From an uncultured Phycisphaeraceae bacterium (lineage in GTDB: Bacteria; Planctomycetota; Phycisphaerae; Phycisphaerales; UBA1924): a stretch of 56,141 bases of DNA. Positions 55,229 to 56,141 of this stretch are shown here, piece by piece. The first letter of the stretch is position 1. Every line of letters begins with the position of its first letter. A model generated the notes under the pieces. That model was not told where the DNA came from, searched no databases, and saw only the letters and a list, made by a program, of their open reading frames with translations. The position numbers and the translations under genes were made by a program. The stretch spans positions 1 through 56,141 of the forward strand of contig CAYUVO010000004.1 of assembly GCA_964448185.1 (NCBI GenBank), given 5' to 3'.

Positions 55229-55966
55229 ATGGAGCGTGCGGTGATCGAATATCAATGGACACAAGCCTCAGCGTACGACTCGCTCGCACGCTTCCACTAC
55301 CGCGCGGGCAAGCCCGCGACGATCGCCAAACGCCTCGATGGCGGGCCCGCGGTCATCGCAGCGATGGCCTGCGATGAAGTGATCGGGGTGCTGATCGCGA
55401 GCATGCCAACGCTCAATGGGTCGTGGCGGAACATGCCGTGGCCCGGGCGGTTTGATGCCAAGGACAAACGCGCAGCAGCCTGCAAGCTCAACAGCGAGGT
55501 GCGGTGCTTGTCGAGAGTGGTAGTTGATCCACGGTGGCGAGGTCGCGGGATTGCGGTGGGCATGGTGCGGTGGTATCTCGAACACTCATTGAGCGTGCGG
55601 ACCGAAGCGGTCGCGGCGATGGGTCGGTATTGCCCGTTCTTCGAGCGAGCGGGGATGACCGCGTACCCGATGGGGCCGAGGCTTCGCGATGCGCGATTGC
55701 TCGACGCGATCAATGCAGCGGGGCTCGGGGCGTTGGATCTGCTGATGCCCGATCGAGTGAACACGATGCTCGAACGCACGCCGTGGATTGCGGACGAGCT
55801 GACCCGATGGGCGAAGTCATGCAGGTCAACGCGCAGTCGCACGAAAGAGATGAACGCCCAACAGATCGCACTCATCGCGGGCGGCGTGGTCAGCGCACCG
55901 CTCACCGGGTATGCGCACACCAACATGGAAATGCACACAAGCACAAAGCAACAAGGAGCCGCATGA
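55229..55966 (+). CDS. GNAT-like acetyltransferase-fold protein with C-terminal extension
   Basis: LSRVVVDPRWRGRGIAVGMVRWYLE (motif A R-x-x-G-x-G/A) and CPFFERAGMTAY. An alternative GTG start at 55166 would add FVMTGFVMAVFVKAG. Confidence 0.5.
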   Translation: MERAVIEYQWTQASAYDSLARFHYRAGKPATIAKRLDGGPAVIAAMACDEVIGVLIASMPTLNGSWRNMPWPGRFDAKDKRAAACKLNSEVRCLSRVVVDPRWRGRGIAVGMVRWYLEHSLSVRTEAVAAMGRYCPFFERAGMTAYPMGPRLRDARLLDAINAAGLGALDLLMPDRVNTMLERTPWIADELTRWAKSCRSTRSRTKEMNAQQIALIAGGVVSAPLTGYAHTNMEMHTSTKQQGAA

Positions 55967-56141
55967 TGCCAAGGAAACACGAGGATACCCAGCAACACGA
56001 AGCGCCCGACGTGCGCGATCTCGGGCACGCGCTGACGATCTTTCTGAGCGGGCGCGAACGGCTCGCGGTCTTGCGCAGGTTGCGCAAGATCGACGGCGAT
56101 CGGCGGATGGCGTTGCTCACGCTGCTGGGCTTGGCGGATCA
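55963..56141 (+). CDS. Hypothetical protein, 5' fragment truncated by the window end
   Basis: ATG overlaps the GNAT gene stop (ATGA). AAGGAG lies 4 nt upstream. Translation: MMPRKHEDTQQHEAPDVRDLGHALTIFLSGRERLAVLRRLRKIDGDRRMALLTLLGLAD... Confidence 0.4.
   Translation, partial: MMPRKHEDTQQHEAPDVRDLGHALTIFLSGRERLAVLRRLRKIDGDRRMALLTLLGLAD

Noticed and set aside
1-56141. Classical mobile elements, CRISPR-Cas, retroelements, rRNA operons
   Set aside because: No transposase, integrase/recombinase, reverse transcriptase, Cas protein, long terminal inverted repeat or rRNA-like sequence was recognised on either strand. This is a by-eye negative and should be confirmed with HMM and covariance-model scans.

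Overview
This is a high-GC bacterial chromosomal segment, roughly 62-68% GC in hand-counted 60-nt samples. It is probably Planctomycetota (Phycisphaerae-like). The clues are a prepilin/DUF1559-type protein, two PEP-CTERM-like C-terminal anchors, dockerin-like GDxxDDxGxxGxDG repeats and several ECF sigma/anti-sigma pairs. I call about 47 CDS and one tRNA-Leu(TAG). Most are housekeeping genes (rho, ptsI, rne, dxr, dinB, nuoF, fdxA, purE, purK, tmk, hisS, crcB, metG). These are interleaved with secreted or anchored enzymes: a zincin protease, an M60-like peptidase, a haem peroxidase, a metallophosphoesterase-LamG protein and an LTD/dockerin protein.

Two loci look accessory and are my best candidates for something undescribed.

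(1) 27.0-29.3 kb is a low-GC islet of about 50% GC. It carries a class II Fic enzyme with a winged-helix tail and a PhyH-type dioxygenase. Between them lie a helically phased TTGATAG iteron/palindrome array and a 58-bp interspersed repeat. An 18-bp direct repeat brackets the dioxygenase gene. The islet is wedged between an orphan nuoF and a tightly coupled FHA-GAF histidine kinase-dinB pair.

(2) 52.9-56.1 kb holds an XRE-HTH/S24 (LexA-like, autocleavage motifs intact) repressor. It faces a perfect 9-bp-arm palindrome and a coupled operon: tandem sigma-region-4 HTH protein, compact ABC-type ATPase, GNAT-like protein and an unknown gene. The operon is cut by the window end.

Other oddities:
- In-frame hairpin-forming tandem repeats and a low-GC patch inside metG.
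- A C14 homopolymer inside a DoxX gene.
- An identical 20-nt C4-GT-C8-GT-C4 element in the leaders of two genes.
- A UbiA (DPPR-synthase-like)/GT-C pair.

I saw no CRISPR array, transposase, integrase, reverse transcriptase or rRNA. All family assignments come from motif recognition by eye. No database search or computation was possible, and the GC values are hand counts of short samples.
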